Made by a program: the position numbers and the translations under genes. From Octopus sinensis (lineage: Eukaryota): DNA of 41,013 nt. The stretch lies in the NCBI RefSeq assembly GCF_006345805.1, contig NW_021835300.1:1-41013 (forward strand), read 5' to 3'. The first letter of the stretch is position 1. Every line of letters starts with the position of its first letter. Positions 35,590 through 41,013 of this stretch are shown here, piece after piece. The notes below the pieces were generated by a model that saw nothing but the letters and a program-made list of their open reading frames with translations, did not search any database and was not told the origin of the DNA.

Positions 35590-36170
35590 AAGCATCTGTG
35601 TGTCACACTTGACGTATGTACACCACTGAAACGCATGATGCTGTGATTTTTGTCTCAGAGAAAAAATTTTTCATAGATATGGGTTAAAAACACAAAATAT
35701 ATCGAAGTGAGGCGAACATTGTCGCAGTACTGTTTCACAGGAACACCAGATGCATTTTAGCTCTTGGGGGAACTTGTCAACGACATTCACCCGCTTGTCA
35801 CATGCCTGAAGAGAATTCATCACTTTCATATACAGAAAATAGTGAATAATGCATTCACTGATATGGTGGAAAGCTTGTTGGGCCGTAAAAAATTCGGTGT
35901 AATTAATTGAGACAGCATTAAATTAGAATAGTTGTCTCTATGTACACTTAACATGCATACACCACTGAAAGACATATTGACATGGTTTTGGTTCAGAAAA
36001 CATCTCTTCATAGATATGTTGGGCCAAACATACAATATATATTGGAGCGAGGCGAACATTATCCCGGATCTGATTTACTGGAACACCAGAAGCGTTTTGG
36101 TCTTTGGCTGGAGATGTCAATGATATGCGCACGATTGTCATAGTCCTGAACAGAATTCGTCCTTTCGATT
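35590..36170. repeat. Diverged tandem duplication, period ~340 bp
   Basis: ACACCACTGAAA at 35620/35959, AGGCGAACATT at 35710/36050, GGAACACCAGA at 35740/36080. Confidence 0.85.
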
Positions 36171-36603
36171 TATACTCTTTACTCACTCTCTTTACTGTTT
36201 CATCATTGACTGCGGCCATGCTGGAGCCCCGCCTTAGTCGAGCAAATCGACCCCGGACTAATTCTTTGGAAGCCCAGTACTTTATTTATCGGTCTCTTTG
36301 GCTGAACCGCTAAGTTAACGGGGACGTAAATACACCAGCATCGTTGTCAAGCATACTAGGTGGACAAACACACACATACACCACACACACACACCACACG
36401 ACACACACACACCACACACACACACACTATATAGATATATATATATAATATACATATATACGACAGCTTCTTGTTCCGTCTACCAATCCACTCACAGGCA
36501 TGGTCGGGGCTAAGCAGAAGACACTAGCCCAAGTGCCACACAGTTGACTGACCCCAGAACCATATGTGGTTGGTAAGCAAGTACTTCCACGCCCTCCTGC
36601 GCC
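36170..36603 (-). mobile_element. K-type SINE, full length, rich in single-base deletions
   Basis: Colinear with 33400-33773 and the reverse complement of 39528-39914. Confidence 0.88.
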
Positions 36604-37278
36604 TATAAGAAATAATTATGAAAGTATTCATTGCAGATCTCTTTAAATGTATTAATAAAACCTTCCCTGGGCTTATGAAACTAATGGTCGTTTATAGAGT
36701 GTAAAATTAATACCATCTGTGCAAAGGTCAAACTCTTCGAGATGAAATTTCCTTTCCTCTGTCCCACAAATCTCAGCCACACCAAATGATTCCACGGTTC
36801 CATCAAAGAGCACATTGCCATTATGCTTAATCCCCAACAGTTTTTTTTTTAATGTTCGTAAAAACTTCAGGATATTTATAACACTAATTTCAAAATCACG
36901 AATGGGGATGAAATTCTTGTTAAATTCCAACATATTAAGGAGAAACGGGTTTGAACTGAAAGGGTAAATTCCACCATGACAAGCTGGGCAAATTTCTAAT
37001 TATATTTATTGATTACTTGATTAAGCAAATTAATTGCATTGAGCTATATTTTTTCTCTTATAAAATGAAATCCGTGGCCTGGTTGAATTTAGTAATAATC
37101 GCATCTAAAGTATGCTAATAAACTATATATAATTTGGTTGGTTAATGAGCCTACACGCGCGCGTGCACACGTACACACACATATATATATACATATGCCT
37201 ATATATATATATACATATATATGTGTGTAAGCGTACGTATGTATACATGTGTACATATGTTTATATACATGCATGAAA

Positions 37279-37317
<39 letters not shown>

Positions 37318-37446
37318 TATTCGTAAAAATCGAATTCTGTTAGAGATAATGGAATACAAAAGAAGAAGAATATGTCACGTGATATTATTTCAATACATAT
37401 GGATTGCACTTGTTCAAATTGCTTCCAGACGAACACCCACTACACA

Positions 37447-37497
<51 letters not shown>

Positions 37498-37729
37498 AAC
37501 ACGTGTACATACATGTATCCACTCACTGGTGCATATTTAAGATTCATACAAACATAAGGTCCTTATAGACACAAAGAAATCAATATATACATATACACAC
37601 ATACACAAGCTATACAACACACACCACACACATACCACATATATATATATATATATATATATATACTAATATATATAGTATATATATATTATATATAGAT
37701 ATATATATATAATATATATATATATTATA

Positions 37730-37775
<46 letters not shown>

Positions 37776-37914
37776 TACATATTATATATACACACCATAA
37801 TATGTTTTGTGTATAAGACAGTGAGACAGAAAGAATATGCGTGTTTGTGTGTGTATATATACATACATGAATGTATGTATGTGCGTGTGTATGTGAGTGT
37901 GTGTGTGTTTGTAA

Positions 37915-37990
<76 letters not shown>

Positions 37991-38676
37991 TGTATGCCAA
38001 TAGGCGTGCACGCTATTTTAAAATAGTAAATAATATTAAATTATAAAATAAAACGCCGAAAACTAATAGCATTATAAAACATTATCAATTACTGTCATAA
38101 TTTTTACTTGGAGTAAAAGAAAAAAGCAAAGAAAGACCCAATTGTAGATTCAAATTACTGTTGTGCCGTAATTATATTTCAACTGATTGCATTAAAACCG
38201 TCGACTGAAGTGTGGCACAACTGGTGTATCGATAACTATTGTTTTGTTTTTATTTTTTAATCCAATTTCTCAGTAATTATTATATTGTGTGTGTATTTTC
38301 TTCCTGGCTGTTGTATCTGATAACATAATGTTAGCTTCTGTTATTATATGTGTGTTTGTGAGAGAATTTAGCTGTTGTTTTTCAGTATAGCATCAATATT
38401 CCTTATTTAATCTGTATTTCTGTTGTGTGGTACTTAAATGTCTTATTCCTGAATAAACTCTCGTATTATATCAAACATCTATCTCCATCCCTATCTCCTC
38501 TGCTTCCGCTCCCGCTTTTTTTCAGAAAATGCACTTGTACATGCTCTTCAATCGATACGTGTATGCTTGCGCGTATATATACATGTATGCATGCGTACGT
38601 ATTTGTATATTCATGAATAATATATATATATATAATATATATGTGTATGTGTATGTGTATGTGTGTGTGTGTGTGT

Positions 38677-38708
<32 letters not shown>

Positions 38709-39052
38709 GTGAGTATGGTATGTATATATGTATGTATGTATATACATATAAATATGCGTATATACATACCTATATACATATGTATGTATATACATACACA
38801 CATATACACATATACGCATATACATATATATGTATGTATTTTGTATACATATATGTATGTATAGATATGTATGTTCATACGCACGCACACATACATTTCT
38901 GTGTGTTTATATATGCATATATATATATATACATATATACATACATACATACATATAATATACATTATATACATATGTATACACACCACACACACACACA
39001 CACCCATAATCTATAATATATATATATAGATATATATATATATATGAATAAT

Positions 39053-39126
<74 letters not shown>
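39053..39126. repeat. (AGAT)n microsatellite
   Basis: Perfect run. Confidence 0.97.
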
Positions 39127-39527
39127 CATGCATACATACATACATATACATATATAATATATTCACCCGAATATTTGTGTGTGTGTGCATGTGTGAGTGT
39201 GTAGATACCGTTCCGTTATTGATTGGGTCAACAAAAAGTAGTCCATCCAGTGAAAGATAAATATCATCTGAAATAAAAAGTAATTAAATTCAAGTTACCA
39301 TTAGTTTCATGCAGTGAAAACGCAGTAAACTGACAAGCTTGTATAGAATAGTTTGTGTGGCTGAAAGCAATCTTTTAGTATCAGATGTGATGTGGTTGGT
39401 CTGTTTTGAAGAAAATGAAAAAGGACACTGTATCTTGAGAAGCTACAAGAAGGGGCGAGAGGAAGGTAAAAGTAAGAATTGGGACGAGAAAAATAAAAAA
39501 TAAACGAAGAGTGACATTGATATATAT

Positions 39528-39914
39528 GCGCAGGAGTGGCTGTGTGGTAAGTAGCTTGCTAACCAACCACATGGTTCCGGGTTCAGTCCCACTGCGTGGC
39601 ATCTTGGGCAAGTGTCTTCTGCTATAGCCCCGGCCGACCAATGCCTTGTGAGTGGATTTGGTAGACGGAAACTGAAAGAGCCTGTCGTATATATGTAAAT
39701 ATATAGTTGTGTGTGTAGTGTTTCTGTGTCTGTGTTTGTCCCTCTAGCATTGCTTGACAACCGATGCTGTTGTGTTTACGTTCCGGTCCTTAGCGGTTCG
39801 GCAAAACAGACCGATAGAATAAGTACTGGGCTTACAAAGAATAAGTCCCGGGGTCGATTTGCTCGACTAAAAGCGGTGCTCCAGCATGGCCGCAGTCAAA
39901 TGACTAAAACAAGT
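39528..39914 (+). mobile_element. K-type (OK-like) tRNA-derived SINE, full length
   Basis: GCAGGAGTGGCTGTGTGGTAAG (A-box), GGGTTCAGTCCC (B-box), CTTGGGCAAGTGTCTTC, internal microsatellite, 3' GCAGTCAAATGACTAAAACAAGTA. Confidence 0.93.
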
Positions 39915-40319
39915 ATATATACACACGATCGATTCCTTTCAGATTCCATCTACCAAATTTATTCACAAATACAAATATTGATATAAATACATCTACATGT
40001 ACACACAAACACACACACACACACACACACCACACACACACACACAACACACACACACACACACACACATACACTTCAGTTTGTAAACAGGATGAGTAAA
40101 ACGCCACCAATCCCTCGCTGGGAAAACTTTTCCGAGATGAAACAATGGCAAATCATTGTTCTGTTCTTATTGCAAAGTAGTACGAGTGGTGGTAGTAGGG
40201 GTGATGGTGGTGATAGGGATGGCAATGGTAGTGGTGGTAGTAGTGGTAGTGGTGCTGGCAAAGATGGATGTGTTGTGATTACGGTCAGTTCCAATGGCGC
40301 GGCACCAGTTGGAGTGATT

Positions 40320-40880
40320 TCGGATTTCAGTTTGTCCATTTTTGTCTGAATGCCAACCATTTTCAGTGTTGACTTTATCTGGTCTTTTCAACGCCGGAAA
40401 GAACTTCCTTGTGATCTTTTTCCAATGGTCAATTCACTAAAGAATAATTTTCAGTGAATTGAATTCTTTAATTCTCTACTTCTTTGAATATATTACCGTC
40501 TTATATAGTTACACTTCTTCTTCAGCCATTTTAAGAGTTGACTTCAGAAATCTTTTGTAATGGTGGAAAGAACATCCTCGTGGTGTTTTCACTGTGAAGA
40601 GTTTTTAGTGAATCAACTTTAATATTCCATTTCATTCTATACATCACTTTCTTACATTGTCATCCTTCTTTTCCAGTCATTTTGAGAATTGACTTAATGT
40701 GTTATTTCTAACGGCAGAAAGGACACATTGCTGGTCTTCAGTAAACTTTATGGTGAATGAATCCCTTCAATATTCTATCATTTTGTATATATTACCTTCT
40801 TATGTACTTACACCACTTATGTAGCTATTTCTGAGAGCTGATTTCAACCATTCTTCGTAATGGCGGAAAGGAGATCCTTA
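40320..40880. repeat. Decayed tandem repeat, 4 units of ~150-170 bp
   Basis: Anchor RGAAAG at 40396, 40565, 40716 and 40865, each with similar TTT..AAYGGC.GAAAG.ACATCC and ATTTT.AG.GTTGACTT context. Confidence 0.65.
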
Positions 40881-41013
40881 TAGGGTTTTTTCCGGTAGTT
40901 AATACATTGAAGAAAATTTCTCAAGAAATTCGTCTCTTCATTTCTTTAAGTCCTTTTATTCCTTGCCTAATACAATCATACACATTTTGTTGTACGAAAA
41001 GAAATAAAAGATG

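Noticed and set aside
39528-39600. tRNA genes at SINE heads (also 964, 25408, 35502)
   Set aside because: A/B boxes are present, but the heads continue into SINE bodies with no intact cloverleaf or terminator.

Overview
Eukaryotic, AT-rich, microsatellite-saturated genomic DNA. The SINE families and repeat landscape point to an octopus (coleoid cephalopod); this is recognition from memory, not a database result. No complete protein-coding gene, rRNA, true tRNA or CRISPR array is supported, and nearly all ORFs in the supplied track are translations of simple repeats. Contents: (1) over 20 copies or fragments of three tRNA-derived SINE groups, labelled here K-type (OK-like), R-type (OR1/OR2-like) and M-type (Meta-domain-like), three with clear TSDs; (2) a cluster of three 5'-truncated R4/Dong-clade LINEs (22.4-27.5 kb), all minus-strand and ending in (TAA)n; (3) an internally deleted Tc1/mariner element with both TIRs; (4) a decayed Penelope-like RT-thumb/GIY-YIG relic and several Penelope-type termini, two with hammerhead-ribozyme-like cores; (5) structured minisatellites (17 x ~87 bp CCA-derived, 21 x 16 bp TGACGTA-containing, a decayed ~150-170 bp repeat); (6) one candidate host coding exon (29.86-30.43 kb) that is missing from the ORF track and has strong codon bias and apparent frameshifts. 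Excess single-base deletions in young repeats suggest uncorrected long-read assembly errors. I found no convincing new biological system. The best leads are the SINE-tail/Dong-target link, the hammerhead relics, the hidden exon and the 16-bp array. Boundaries of degenerate elements are approximate.
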